A stretch of 64,000 nt of DNA. Origin: a virus. The stretch's first letter is position 1. Each line of letters starts with the position of its first letter. Below are positions 28,740 through 39,182 of this stretch, piece after piece. The translations under genes and the position numbers were made by a program. The notes beneath the pieces were generated by a model. That model was not told the DNA's origin. It was given only the letters and a program-made list of their open reading frames with translations, and searched no databases. The DNA is taken from IMG/VR virus record IMGVR_UViG_3300045988_137393. One strand, 5' to 3'.

Positions 28740-30446
28740 TTAATCAAACAGATCACCATATGGTTTATATGTATCTTCCGTTTCTTTTTCTGCATTAAAT
28801 GCAACTCTGCTCACATGTTTCTTCTGTGATGTTTCACCTGCAAAAGAGAATGTCTTATTCTTTTTAACAAGTTTTCCAAGAGTAGCATCAGCCTTCTCAG
28901 ATAACTCTTCCTTAGAATATTTGTTTACAGAATCCTCAGACATAAGTGCTTTGAATTCATCTGTATCAAGATATTCTGAATATGCTTCGTCATCAAATAC
29001 AGTCATCTTGTCTGCAAATACTTCAGCAGATTTATATGTGTTTAATTCCTCTACAACAGAAGAGTAGTTGGAACGCATGTCCTGAATTTCTGTATATTCT
29101 GAATCGGTAAGATATTCTTTGTGCAGATTATAGCGTTCACCATCAAATGATACATTGTCATTATCTTTTGTATATTTCTGACCGTAAATTTTACCGCCAT
29201 CCCAACTTTCATAAACAAAGTAAGAATCATATACACCAGTAATGTAATACCACTCATTATCTGCGTCTTCATAAGAAGATAAGAGATTATATAAAGCATA
29301 ACGAATGTCATCATGAGAAATTTCAAATGTCTTTGTCATATTCTCAAAATTCTGACCTTCGCCCTCATTATCTCCATCAGTAGTTCCTTCTGGCTCAGTA
29401 GTGTTTTCTCCATCACCTTCATTATCATTAGAAGGTTCATTCGCGGTATTATCACCAGAATTGTCACCATCTGTATTGTTGTCTTCACCAAATACTTCTG
29501 CAAATTTAGCCTCTAATTCTTCGTCTGATAATTCTGAATAATCAAAGGTTACATCTTCAACTGTTTTATTGTATTTAGCAAGTAACTCTTCAAATTTTGT
29601 CATACTTTCTTTATTTCCTCCTTCCTTTGATAATGTGTGAACAGAAGAATTCTGTTCTTTATTGAAACAAGCAGTCTCTAAATTTTCAATTCGTGCTTGT
29701 AGTTCAACCATTTTTGACTCATAATCTTCAAATAAACTGTTATTCTTAGAACTGAAATCTGCCAACTTAATATTTGAACCAGTCATTCCAGGCTTTACTT
29801 CATTGCCTTGAGGTGTTTTTCCTAGAATTGTCACACCAGAAAACCAAAAATCTTCAATATTTAAGAACTTCTGCTTTGCGTCATAACTGAGTTCTCGGAT
29901 TGACAATTCGACTGATACAGAGCATTCTTCTTCACGCTGTAAAATTTCAGCAGCTTTAGAATATTCCTCAAAAATATATCCATCGACTTCACAATAAGTT
30001 TTCTTCTTTTCTTCATCATAAACTAACTGTGCATTGCAACTTTCAGGTATGATTCCAATAGGATATTCATCATAAACCACATCACCATTCTCGTCTTCAT
30101 GCATATTATGAGAATAAAATTCCCACTGACCTTCTGGATTTTCATCGGTTGTTACCTTGTGAATGTATCCAAGAATAGGACGATTGCTAAAAGATGGAAG
30201 GGCAGCTTCCATGACAGAAGATTCAATATTAGAGCCGTTTACATTTAAATCTGTATGGCATGACTGTAAATGAACTGGAAGAAGCCCATCTTTGTTCTTG
30301 TCTGACTCATCAAAATTTATACGTCCATGTACTTGTACAACCAATGGTTCACCAGTTTTTTCGGCACTGAATTTCGTAGAACGTTTGTATTTATTTGAAT
30401 AGAAATCATACAAATCTTCTATATAACGAAGTCTTTTCTTAGCCAT
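28740..30446 (-). CDS. Prohead protease/scaffold-like protein with acidic low-complexity linker
   Basis: 568-aa ORF downstream of the portal gene. The central run is NNTDGDNSGDNTANEPSNDNEGDGENTTEPEGTTDGDNEGEG. Confidence 0.5.
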   Translation of the reverse strand: MAKKRLRYIEDLYDFYSNKYKRSTKFSAEKTGEPLVVQVHGRINFDESDKNKDGLLPVHLQSCHTDLNVNGSNIESSVMEAALPSFSNRPILGYIHKVTTDENPEGQWEFYSHNMHEDENGDVVYDEYPIGIIPESCNAQLVYDEEKKKTYCEVDGYIFEEYSKAAEILQREEECSVSVELSIRELSYDAKQKFLNIEDFWFSGVTILGKTPQGNEVKPGMTGSNIKLADFSSKNNSLFEDYESKMVELQARIENLETACFNKEQNSSVHTLSKEGGNKESMTKFEELLAKYNKTVEDVTFDYSELSDEELEAKFAEVFGEDNNTDGDNSGDNTANEPSNDNEGDGENTTEPEGTTDGDNEGEGQNFENMTKTFEISHDDIRYALYNLLSSYEDADNEWYYITGVYDSYFVYESWDGGKIYGQKYTKDNDNVSFDGERYNLHKEYLTDSEYTEIQDMRSNYSSVVEELNTYKSAEVFADKMTVFDDEAYSEYLDTDEFKALMSEDSVNKYSKEELSEKADATLGKLVKKNKTFSFAGETSQKKHVSRVAFNAEKETEDTYKPYGDLFD

Positions 30447-30505
30447 TTTCTTCTCCTTTCTTCAAAATTTAGGCATAAATAAAACCACTCAGAATAGGAG
30501 AGTGG

Positions 30506-30688
30506 CTAAATATTCAGCATATTACTATACTGGATTTTCGATTTATCTATATCATCTGAAAACATCAATTTATCAGTATTCAGAAAAGTATAAATACCAT
30601 TTTGTTCATCAATTTTCTGAAAACCAAGATTTATCATCTTAGAAGCTGTTTCAGGATCTGATGTCTTTATAAAATTTTGTTCCATCAT
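30506..30688 (-). CDS. Hypothetical small protein
   Basis: 60-aa ORF between the portal and protease/scaffold genes. Confidence 0.45.
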   Translation of the reverse strand: MMEQNFIKTSDPETASKMINLGFQKIDEQNGIYTFLNTDKLMFSDDIDKSKIQYSNMLNI

Positions 30689-30696
30689 TTTACTCC

Positions 30697-32289
30697 TTAT
30701 TGTCCTGCTTGTGTGCCAGTATCTTTTTCACCCTCTCTGGTAGCAAGTCCCTCATCTGAAAGGTCATCTTCATTCTTAGTCTGACCACCACCTTCATTAC
30801 CACTCGTGCCACTTTGCGTATATGAAGATGAGAGAGGAGTAAAGTAATTCATTAATCCTAATGACCTCATCATAAAAGCATTATTAACAACTCTTGAAGG
30901 TGAAGAACCATCCAACGTTGCATAATCCATTGCATCTATACCCAACGTAGCTTTATCTTTTCTTTGAGACATCTTTTCATCAAGGTCAAATACAGATACA
31001 TAATGGAAATAAAATTCAAAATCCTCTGTAATATTTAATTTGACATATCTCTGGATGTTTGCTTCAATTCTTTTTAATAATTCCATAGGGAACGTCATAT
31101 CAACTGTAATAGAATGTTTAAGACCAACAGAACCAGATTTTTGACCATTGAATATCATTTCTGAAATTCCCAATGAAGAAAAAAGGTTGTGTATTGCTTG
31201 CGAATATATATTGGTATCATCAACTTGATTTTTATTACCAAACTCAATCTTTTCGACTTCACACGGAGTCCATGCCGAACCAACAAGACTTGGCAATACC
31301 TCATCAATTGCAGCTTGAGTAGCTTGTACAATTTCAAGATCTACAGCAAAGTCATTTACTTCGCCTGAATTTTCATTCATAGGGATTTTTGATAAGAGAA
31401 GAACATAATTTTCAAGTTCTGTTTTAGAACGAATAAGGGCTTCGTAATCAAGCAAGTCAAGAATAGAAGTGAATGTTCCTAAGAAGTATGGCAATGGTAC
31501 AACTGGATCATCACCACATATAATACAGATAGTTTTCTCTGGTGGTAATTCAAACCATTTATAATCATTACCTTTTGATTTATATGTTTCGTAGCCTTCT
31601 ACAAAAACATCATCCCATAAGCCTTCTTCTGAATCAGTTTCGCTACCAGTACCATATAAGAAATCCTTGTTGTTACCAGAATCAAAATAAGAAGCATCGA
31701 ATTTTACAATCCATGTATCTTTTTCTGCACGAGAACCTATTTTATAATATTTTGGATCAAGTGGATGTATAAAGAACGAATCTCCATCATCGTAACAAAA
31801 TCCACAATAGATACCATCTCTTAAACAAGTAGCAATTATTTGTGAACCCATTTCTTTCAGATCCATTTTATCTAATCTGGTACAAAGTTCTTGATACCCT
31901 TTAATATATTCAGATGCATCCTGTGGGGGATTTGCCCAATCGGGAATATTGTAAGATACGTTATAACTAAAGATAGGAGTGTAAGCATAATATTCTATAA
32001 TCTTTTTATAGTTATGACTGATACGATATAAGAAAGCAGATATATCACGAAGATTGTCAATATTGGCAAGAGGACTTTTTATGTATGATTTAAGTTTCTC
32101 TTTTGTGTATTGAGTATATGTCTTCGATGTACCTTTTGATATGTTCTGCTGTAAGATACGTTGTAATTCCTGAAAGTTAATCATCTGTGCATACTTCTGA
32201 GTAGAAGTAGTCAGCTCATTTTTACGAGTTGGCGATGGTTCTGTCTGTACTGATTTCTTTGCAGAATTATTTGTTTTCTGTGTTGCCAT
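30697..32289 (-). CDS. Portal protein candidate
   Basis: 530-aa ORF starting 26 nt after the terminase large subunit stop. The call rests on size and position. Confidence 0.65.
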   Translation of the reverse strand: MATQKTNNSAKKSVQTEPSPTRKNELTTSTQKYAQMINFQELQRILQQNISKGTSKTYTQYTKEKLKSYIKSPLANIDNLRDISAFLYRISHNYKKIIEYYAYTPIFSYNVSYNIPDWANPPQDASEYIKGYQELCTRLDKMDLKEMGSQIIATCLRDGIYCGFCYDDGDSFFIHPLDPKYYKIGSRAEKDTWIVKFDASYFDSGNNKDFLYGTGSETDSEEGLWDDVFVEGYETYKSKGNDYKWFELPPEKTICIICGDDPVVPLPYFLGTFTSILDLLDYEALIRSKTELENYVLLLSKIPMNENSGEVNDFAVDLEIVQATQAAIDEVLPSLVGSAWTPCEVEKIEFGNKNQVDDTNIYSQAIHNLFSSLGISEMIFNGQKSGSVGLKHSITVDMTFPMELLKRIEANIQRYVKLNITEDFEFYFHYVSVFDLDEKMSQRKDKATLGIDAMDYATLDGSSPSRVVNNAFMMRSLGLMNYFTPLSSSYTQSGTSGNEGGGQTKNEDDLSDEGLATREGEKDTGTQAGQ

Positions 32290-32314
32290 TTATATTTCTG
32301 ATTTCCTCCTTTCC

Positions 32315-34339
32315 TTAGTTATAGAATCCCCATTTTTTAGGGCGTTTTGAGACACCGACCATTTTGGTGATGTCAAAGTTGTTTGTACGTTTCTTGTTTC
32401 TGATATGATCCATTCGTTTTTCAGATAAATACCATCCAAGCATAGCCAAGACATACGCACGGTCGTCATGCATAGTAGCTTCTGAAGCTCCTGTATCAGC
32501 GTCTTTATACGCAGGAAGTTTAAATGAATCCTTACCACCTTCACGCTTATTTCTACAGATATTAACAATTTCCTCTTTCATTGCATCAATCTGAACTAAT
32601 GCAACTTCTTCATCAGGTGTTAATTTATATACTTGTGTTTTAGCAGCTTCAATCAATGAAAGTCTTTCTTCCAGCTCATTTTCATATTCATCAATGCTCA
32701 AATCCAATTTGTCTAATTCTGCACGAATCTTTTCTTCCGATTCATTCATAAGTTTGATATCAACTTCCATGATATTGAGATAACCTTTGTTATCATATTT
32801 TTCTGTGAAATGAATTTTGTCTGCTTCAACCATTTTTATTAAAGCCTCAAACATTTCAGATTTATATTTTGATGGTTCAATTAATTTCAGTTTTTCAACT
32901 GCATTAGGGTATCTTTTAGCATACACATCACCATTGTTATATTCCTTATCCAATAAACCACGGTGAACATTACCTTTTTTATCTTTCCAATCTTCAATTA
33001 AACTGTCTCGAACCCAAGAGTTTCCCCCTCCACCAGAACCAGCATCGGCTAAGAAAATTTCAATATTGTCATAATCCAAAGCTTCACCGTTATAATCAAG
33101 AAGTATTTTCCTAATTTCTTTTATCTGGTCTTGAGTCATCATGGGTGTCTTTCTCCTAAGACCTAAATCAGAAAATGACACAACATTTACAATATCCATT
33201 GTGTATCCATCTTCTTCGTTATAAAGTAATTCACCTATACCCAGAATTGAATTGTCGGTTGAACGTGCTGGATCATATGCTAAAACAAATGTTCTTTCAT
33301 TGGTATCATTACATAACACAGGTGGACGAGTGTAAGAATTACGAACAATTAAAGCTCTTTTAATAATCTGGTTCGCATTCCCGTCTTGAGTGAATTTATT
33401 ATAATACTCACGTTGAGCTTTTTCTGGATTATTTCTTAATTCTGTCTCAACGGTTTCTCTATTCAAAAGTGGAACATAAGGTTTGCCATGAAAAGTAGCA
33501 TTAATAACAACATCACAGTTAATATCTGCTACAAAATATTTTGGATCACCTAACATCATTTTCTTGGAAAAATCACGATACTTTTGATAAAAAGCTGTGT
33601 CAATAGAAGAAGCAGAAGAAGCATATAAGAGCTGATGTGGAAATTCCTTTGGAAGAGAAGATATATCAATATTTCCACCAAGTTTGAAATTTGAATCAAG
33701 AGTTGTAAATGCACCAATAACATTAAATTCTTCTTCTGAGAGCCAGCCGCCCTCATCAAAACAGACGCACTCACACCTCTTACCTCTTTTGGCATTGATA
33801 TTACTATTCAATGTTTTTACAAAGCTACCATTATACAACCTATATGTAAATCCCATTGGATTGTGGATAAATCCATTTGAGTTTGCTTGCGATATTTCAA
33901 CTTCATTTTTAAAAACATCTGTAAGACCAGTCATTGATTCAATATTTTTTAATGCAATATCTTCGATCTTCTTAAAAGTTTCTTGGGACTGGTCTGCTGT
34001 TCCTGAACAAATGTACGTTCTGTAGTTGTTGAACAGAAGTCCCTTTATTATGGTAAATAAAGCAAGTAATGTCGTCTTTCCTGCGGCACGACTTTCCAAC
34101 CATAACACAAATGGTTTTGTCCATGAATTCATAAAAGTATATTCTTGTGCATCAAGAAGCTCAACTCCTATAAATTCTTTCATAAATTTTGTCGGGTATT
34201 TAATCCCAAATTGCTTTATTTCCGCTAATTTTTTATATCCTTCCAACTTCCTTTCAGATATTTGAAATTCAGTTGGTTTGACATAAATTTCATAATTTTT
34301 AGGTATCAATATTCCAGATTCAGTAGTCTCAAACGCCAT
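32315..34339 (-). CDS. terL: Terminase large subunit
   Basis: Walker A ESRAAGKTT, Walker B CVCFDEGGW and the nuclease-type LAYDPARSTDNS motif are present. The ORF is 674 aa. Confidence 0.9.
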   Translation of the reverse strand: MAFETTESGILIPKNYEIYVKPTEFQISERKLEGYKKLAEIKQFGIKYPTKFMKEFIGVELLDAQEYTFMNSWTKPFVLWLESRAAGKTTLLALFTIIKGLLFNNYRTYICSGTADQSQETFKKIEDIALKNIESMTGLTDVFKNEVEISQANSNGFIHNPMGFTYRLYNGSFVKTLNSNINAKRGKRCECVCFDEGGWLSEEEFNVIGAFTTLDSNFKLGGNIDISSLPKEFPHQLLYASSASSIDTAFYQKYRDFSKKMMLGDPKYFVADINCDVVINATFHGKPYVPLLNRETVETELRNNPEKAQREYYNKFTQDGNANQIIKRALIVRNSYTRPPVLCNDTNERTFVLAYDPARSTDNSILGIGELLYNEEDGYTMDIVNVVSFSDLGLRRKTPMMTQDQIKEIRKILLDYNGEALDYDNIEIFLADAGSGGGGNSWVRDSLIEDWKDKKGNVHRGLLDKEYNNGDVYAKRYPNAVEKLKLIEPSKYKSEMFEALIKMVEADKIHFTEKYDNKGYLNIMEVDIKLMNESEEKIRAELDKLDLSIDEYENELEERLSLIEAAKTQVYKLTPDEEVALVQIDAMKEEIVNICRNKREGGKDSFKLPAYKDADTGASEATMHDDRAYVLAMLGWYLSEKRMDHIRNKKRTNNFDITKMVGVSKRPKKWGFYN

Positions 34340-34341
34340 AA

Positions 34342-35559
34342 CTAATCCTCCTCAATATTGATTCCGTTTTCTTTTACGAGAGCTTTTAAGTCAATGTTTT
34401 CTCTGAGTAAAATACGGGCTTTTTCTTCATACTCATCAGCAATTCTCTTATATTTTGTAATAAGTTCTCTCTGTTGAATAATCATATCTGCTGAATCATT
34501 TTCGTCTAACATAATCTGCTTTAAGATAGAAGCATTGCTGATATCTGCAACTTGCTTTAGACCAGCAGAGTATTCCGCATCATATAAATTTACTTCTGCA
34601 TCTCGTAAATTCATTTCTTTCATTTTACGGACTTTTCCAGTCCATGTGTTTTCGCCCTTAGTCGAATTAACACTATGCTTTAACGAAATTCCATTATCTG
34701 CTGCAAGTTTCAATACAGAAGCAGTAATTTTACTTTTTGTATCTTCGAGATTTTTAATGGTAGATATATTTGCTTCAATATTTGTGTAGTCATTCATAAG
34801 CCTTGCGATAATATCATTCATTTTCTCTATGTGATTAAATCCTTTTACAATTTCAATAATAGAGGAGAGTCGCATTCTATCATCATTTGCTTCTTCAGCA
34901 GCATCCAAATAACCAATAAGTGTTGCATATAAAAAAGGCTGTTCATCAGTTGATTCTTTTGAAAATGGATCATAGCCTAATAGCCTTATAGCATCTTTTT
35001 TATTCTGTTCATAAGCTGACATTATTTCTTCATCTGAACTATCTTCATTTTCTACGGAAGAATTGTCAAAACTATCTTCTGATATATTTGTTTTGACTTT
35101 ATAAAAATCAGAATCAAAATATGTCATACCATTATATTGTCCCATTGAGATCTGACGGATATATGCAACCCAAATATTAGATTTAACTCTCCCAGAAGCA
35201 AGGTTTTCCATTTCCTGCATACTTGAATCCCATATCCTGTCGAGGTAGGGTTTATTTAAATATCTCAATGCGAGCTTTACAGACTCTTTATCTGGCTCAT
35301 GTTCAACATTTTTATTGTCTACTTTTAACGCTATTCTACGAGCACAATCTTTACAAATTGGAGTAAGACCACTTTTACTCATAGGATCTGTACTCATATA
35401 AAATTTATCTCTTGCTTTATGTGTATCACACATATAGCACCAAGCACCTTCTTTAAGTGACTTGATTTTCTCTTCCTGTGTTTCAACTTTCTTCTTTAAT
35501 TGTGCAGCCGTTAATTTTGTGGGCTGTGTCTCTTTTGTCGTAGCCAAACTAACGACCAC
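34342..35559 (-). CDS. Hypothetical protein upstream of terL (small-terminase position), Cys4 motif
   Basis: About 400-aa ORF. The start is uncertain: GTG at 35559, or TTG at 35547 which lies 10 nt after GGAGG. It carries CYMCD...CKDC. Confidence 0.6.
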   Translation of the reverse strand: MVVSLATTKETQPTKLTAAQLKKKVETQEEKIKSLKEGAWCYMCDTHKARDKFYMSTDPMSKSGLTPICKDCARRIALKVDNKNVEHEPDKESVKLALRYLNKPYLDRIWDSSMQEMENLASGRVKSNIWVAYIRQISMGQYNGMTYFDSDFYKVKTNISEDSFDNSSVENEDSSDEEIMSAYEQNKKDAIRLLGYDPFSKESTDEQPFLYATLIGYLDAAEEANDDRMRLSSIIEIVKGFNHIEKMNDIIARLMNDYTNIEANISTIKNLEDTKSKITASVLKLAADNGISLKHSVNSTKGENTWTGKVRKMKEMNLRDAEVNLYDAEYSAGLKQVADISNASILKQIMLDENDSADMIIQQRELITKYKRIADEYEEKARILLRENIDLKALVKENGINIEED

Positions 35560-35661
35560 CTCCTTTTATTTCAATATAAAAAAGAAGCCACTTAATACGA
35601 AATGACTTCTCAAACTTTCCAATATTAAATTTTCAATGAAAGCGCAATTCACTTCACTTAG

Positions 35662-35734
35662 CACACCTTCTACGATTTGAACATAGATCTGACGATTTTG
35701 GAGATCGTTGCTTTACCAATTAAGCTAAAGGTGT
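35662..35734 (-). tRNA. tRNA-Trp (anticodon CCA)
   Basis: Hand-folded 73-nt cloverleaf ACACCTT-TA-GCTT..AAGC-A-ACGAT-CTCCAAA-ATCGT-CAGAT-CTATG-TTCAAAT-CGTAG-AAGGTGT-G. Confidence 0.85.
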
Positions 35735-35823
35735 ATATAACAAAAGAACCGCCTCCAAAGGAAACGGCTCTTTCTTCCAAACAAGCAGAAGAGTAGCAAT
35801 AACCACTCAACTGCTATAATTTT

Positions 35824-37800
35824 TTAAGATTCTGCAACAGGGTAACTAAATAATCCACTATATACTTGACTTGTTAATCCTACAACATGATGTTCCAATC
35901 CACCACTTAAATTAGGATGAATTAATACGCTATATGATGGATCAGCAACACAAACCAAAGGACACCAACAATAATCAGAACTTGGTTTTGGAACTGAATT
36001 AGCTCCCAATATTATTGCTTGGGTTGCTGTCTTAAACCCAATATTCAAAATACTCATATAACATATTCCATTTTTAATGCAATAGTTAATTGTCGCTCCT
36101 GCACTTGTATTTTCATCAACACTAGAAATATCAACAGAAGTCCAATTAACATCTGCAACCTTACTTTTATCAGCTTTGCCATCAATTGCAGATTTTAGAC
36201 TAATATTACTTTCGGTTGTCGGCTCATACATATGTGCAATAGCACCAATTTCAAGCATCGGTTTCAATACTACATTATCAACAGTAACGCCACTTCTAAC
36301 AACAATTCGGATACCATACTGTAACAAATTAGCATCACTAGCAGTCCAAGTCCTATTTCCATAATTTGTACTGATACCATAATTAAAATCGTTCTTTGTT
36401 GCATCAATTCTTACAAACTGGAAATAAATAGGTGCTTTGTAGCCGATACTATTAGACTGATTCACGCCATCTGACAATGTATAAGTCTGTCCAAGTTCCA
36501 GTGTTTTTCTATCAGAAGTATCATATGGACTTACCAATCTGAAATCAGATTCTTTTGTAGCTGTACCATTGACAGTTATAGTACCATCGACTTCATTCAC
36601 TGTATAGGTAACTCCATTTGATTCAAAACTTGTTCCATTATAATATGGATAGGATATTAGATTTCTTCCCTGTGAAGTTCCCACGCCACCAAGTTTAGTC
36701 TTTTCTTCACTTGTATAATCATTAGAAGATAATCCCTTGCCTTCTTCCTTTACAACAAGATTAGAAATATCTTGATGCTCAGTAAGATATCCTGCATCAT
36801 TTGTAAAGTCAGATACATTTGTTGGAACAGTCGGAATTTCTGTCTTATCTGCTTTATCAGTCTGTAATGTTGTAATAGCATTCTTATTATCCTTAATAGC
36901 ACTATTCATGGCAGATGCATCATTTTCATGACCAGAAATCCAACCACTAATTTCTTTTAGTGTATTAAAACTTTCAGGTGCATCAGAAACAACCTCTGCA
37001 ATCTTATCTGAAATTTCCTTTGTTACATTAGTCGAATTAGCTTTCTTTGCCAATTCAGTCTTAATCTCTGTATCATCATAATTCTTAATACTTTTTAATC
37101 TTTCAATCTCAGTGTCAGCAATCAGTGATTTACCTTTTATTTTGTCAACTTTACCGCTAATATCCTGATGAGAGGTCAGATAACCTTTTGCATTTAATTC
37201 TTCATCAGTCACATATTTATCAAGAGATGGAATATCAGAAGTGTTTGCTTTCTTAGCAAGTTCTGTATCAACATAATTCTTGTCAACATCTACAGTTGGC
37301 ACAGTAATATCAACTGATTTATCCTCCGCAACAGTCTGTGCGACACCATTGACCTTGATAGATTCAATGATATTTTCTTCGCCTGTAGAAGAACCTGAAC
37401 CATTCTTTCCGTCTTTACCATTTGTAACCGTGTATTCAAATGTAGAATCATCAGAAAATGTGATAACATATGTATCAACTAGACCTTCGGTTTTTGTCTT
37501 TTCAATTTTTGAAATACCGATACCATCCTGACCATTTGTTCCGTCTTGACCATTTTGACCAGGATCTCCCTTCGTACCTTTTGCACCATTCTTACCGTTT
37601 GTTCCGTTTACACCATTCATAACATCAAGAGTGGAAGTCTGTTTTGTGCCACTTGTGCCAGTCCATTCAAATGTAACTCTGTGACCACCATCAATTTCTG
37701 TAATTGATTTGATAGTAGCAGGAGCACCTTTTACTGCTCCGAGAGAATCGGCAGTTTCTCCAACATAGCCCTTAGCGGCAGCCAATGTAATAAGATCCAT
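35824..37800 (-). CDS. Tail fiber / receptor-binding protein with collagen-like and fiber repeats
   Basis: 658-aa ORF. It has a G-X-Y run (GVNGTNGKNGAKGTKGDPGQNGQDGTNGQDGIG). GYLT[SE]HQDIS...GK[SG]L...[DY]T.EE..KL repeats occur twice. Confidence 0.8.
   Translation of the reverse strand: MDLITLAAAKGYVGETADSLGAVKGAPATIKSITEIDGGHRVTFEWTGTSGTKQTSTLDVMNGVNGTNGKNGAKGTKGDPGQNGQDGTNGQDGIGISKIEKTKTEGLVDTYVITFSDDSTFEYTVTNGKDGKNGSGSSTGEENIIESIKVNGVAQTVAEDKSVDITVPTVDVDKNYVDTELAKKANTSDIPSLDKYVTDEELNAKGYLTSHQDISGKVDKIKGKSLIADTEIERLKSIKNYDDTEIKTELAKKANSTNVTKEISDKIAEVVSDAPESFNTLKEISGWISGHENDASAMNSAIKDNKNAITTLQTDKADKTEIPTVPTNVSDFTNDAGYLTEHQDISNLVVKEEGKGLSSNDYTSEEKTKLGGVGTSQGRNLISYPYYNGTSFESNGVTYTVNEVDGTITVNGTATKESDFRLVSPYDTSDRKTLELGQTYTLSDGVNQSNSIGYKAPIYFQFVRIDATKNDFNYGISTNYGNRTWTASDANLLQYGIRIVVRSGVTVDNVVLKPMLEIGAIAHMYEPTTESNISLKSAIDGKADKSKVADVNWTSVDISSVDENTSAGATINYCIKNGICYMSILNIGFKTATQAIILGANSVPKPSSDYCWCPLVCVADPSYSVLIHPNLSGGLEHHVVGLTSQVYSGLFSYPVAES
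37515..37617 (-). repeat. Collagen-like Gly-X-Y triplet repeat (coding)
   Basis: About 11 consecutive G-X-Y triplets in the tail fiber ORF. Confidence 0.8.
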
Positions 37801-37803
37801 ATG

Positions 37804-38007
37804 TTACACCTCCCACCACTTCTGATTTTCTTCATCGTAAATGTAAGACTTTTTACTATCCATTTCATAATAGGTTGAAGCATTCCCCACGAAAACATCT
37901 TCAAACTTACCAATAGGTTTTTCATCAGTAGAAAGTCCGTATAATTCAAGCCATACACGATTTGGCTTATCTGCATACTTGTTAATTGTGATCATTTTAT
38001 ATACCAT
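37804..38007 (-). CDS. Hypothetical small protein
   Basis: 67-aa ORF ending 4 nt before the tail fiber start. Confidence 0.55.
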   Translation of the reverse strand: MVYKMITINKYADKPNRVWLELYGLSTDEKPIGKFEDVFVGNASTYYEMDSKKSYIYDEENQKWWEV

Positions 38008-38035
38008 CCTTTCTTTTTATTTAGTCGATTTTTTA

Positions 38036-38065
38036 TATAACAAAACCGACTATAGAAAGTCGGTT
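38036..38065 (-). terminator. Rho-independent terminator after tRNA-Pro
   Basis: AACCGACT(38044-38051)/AGTCGGTT(38058-38065), with UUUUGUUAU on the minus strand. Confidence 0.65.
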
Positions 38066-38125
38066 AAAAAGTTTTAATATTTACCAATCAGTCGCCAAAC
38101 TGATCATAACTATATAGGGCGATAA

Positions 38126-38199
38126 TATGGATAGCAGGACTTGAACCTACAACGTCTAGTTCCCAAAACTAGTGGACTACCAAATTGTCCTATATCCAT
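38126..38199 (-). tRNA. tRNA-Pro (anticodon UGG), copy 1
   Basis: 74-nt cloverleaf ATGGATA-TA-GGAC..GTCC-A-CTAGT-TTTGGGA-ACTAG-ACGTT-GTAGG-TTCAAGT-CCTGC-TATCCAT-A. Confidence 0.85.
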
Positions 38200-38252
38200 G
38201 TAATAATTTTAAAATTTCTTCACATACTAATCAAAAACCCAAGGAGTAACCA

Positions 38253-38921
38253 ATGAACACATCATATAAAACAGCAATCAAATTCAAAGACTTATATATT
38301 CCTGTAAAAATGGTCAAAGTATCTCATAATAACTCAATAGAACTTAATCAGCTCTGCAAAGATTCAAAGGAAAGAGTACGTTATATCAAATTTTGCCCAT
38401 CATGCAATAAAGAAATTCACAATGAAGATATTGTGAAAGGATATAGATATGCAGAAGATAAGTATGTTATTTTGGAACAATATGATATAGAATCAATTAC
38501 ATCAAACCAAGATAGAACACTTTCAATAAAATATTTCTGTAAATCAAAGGAAATATCAGACATACTCATAGATAAATCATATTATTTAATTCCTGAAATG
38601 AATTCAGAAATCGAATATGAGCTTTTTCGCAAAGCTATGACTACGAATAGAGTAGTAGGTATTGCTGAAATTGTATTGGGTACAAAACAAGAATTAGTTG
38701 CGTTATTTGCCAATAAGAATTGTATTATTGCAACCATTTTATTTTATGAGAATGAGATTAACGAATTGCCGATTATCATGAAACACAAAATAGATAAACA
38801 ACAACTCGAAAATCTCAAACAAGATATTATAGATAATACAAAAGATTTTAATTGGAATTCACATTATGATAAATATCAACTCAAACTAAGAGAATTAATA
38901 TTTGAAAAAATTCCAAAATGA
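38253..38921 (+). CDS. ku: Ku-like DNA end-binding protein
   Basis: RBS AAGGAG. IKFKDLYIPVKMVKV...RVRYIKFCPSCNKEIHNEDIVKGYRYAEDKYVIL...KSYYLIPE...ELVALF...ATILFYENEI matches the bacterial Ku core pattern. Confidence 0.75.
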   Translation: MNTSYKTAIKFKDLYIPVKMVKVSHNNSIELNQLCKDSKERVRYIKFCPSCNKEIHNEDIVKGYRYAEDKYVILEQYDIESITSNQDRTLSIKYFCKSKEISDILIDKSYYLIPEMNSEIEYELFRKAMTTNRVVGIAEIVLGTKQELVALFANKNCIIATILFYENEINELPIIMKHKIDKQQLENLKQDIIDNTKDFNWNSHYDKYQLKLRELIFEKIPK

Positions 38922-39111
38922 TAACGCCTTTCTCATTCCATCCTCGAATGGCGAGCTTTCATCTAAACTGCATAGGACGTATCCTATTGTTACAACAGTA
39001 CCAGTCCGAAGACCGCAAAGGGCATAGGGCGGTAGTAAGTGTTGAGCTTACACGCCTAAGTTTCGTATACATCCAAAAAATAGGTTTTTACATCAGGTTT
39101 ACCGCACGAAA
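38922..39111 (-). ncRNA. Structured ~190-nt RNA candidate upstream of tRNA-Glu
   Basis: On the minus strand there is AUAGGA-UACG-UCCUAU and a CGGUC-UUCG-GACUG hairpin. There is also a nested helix GGCG-U-GUAAG-CUCAACA-CUUAC-UAC-CGCC. No credible ORF is present. Confidence 0.45.
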
Positions 39112-39182
39112 TAGGGCATAACGGACTCGAACCGATACTCATGGAATGAAAATCCATTGTCTTACCTTTTGACTAATGCCCC
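39112..39182 (-). tRNA. tRNA-Glu (anticodon UUC)
   Basis: 71-nt cloverleaf GGGGCAT-TA-GTC..GAC-A-ATGGA-TTTTCAT-TCCAT-GAGT-ATCGG-TTCGAGT-CCGTT-ATGCCCT-A. It has one T-stem mismatch and a G1-U72 pair. Confidence 0.75.
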
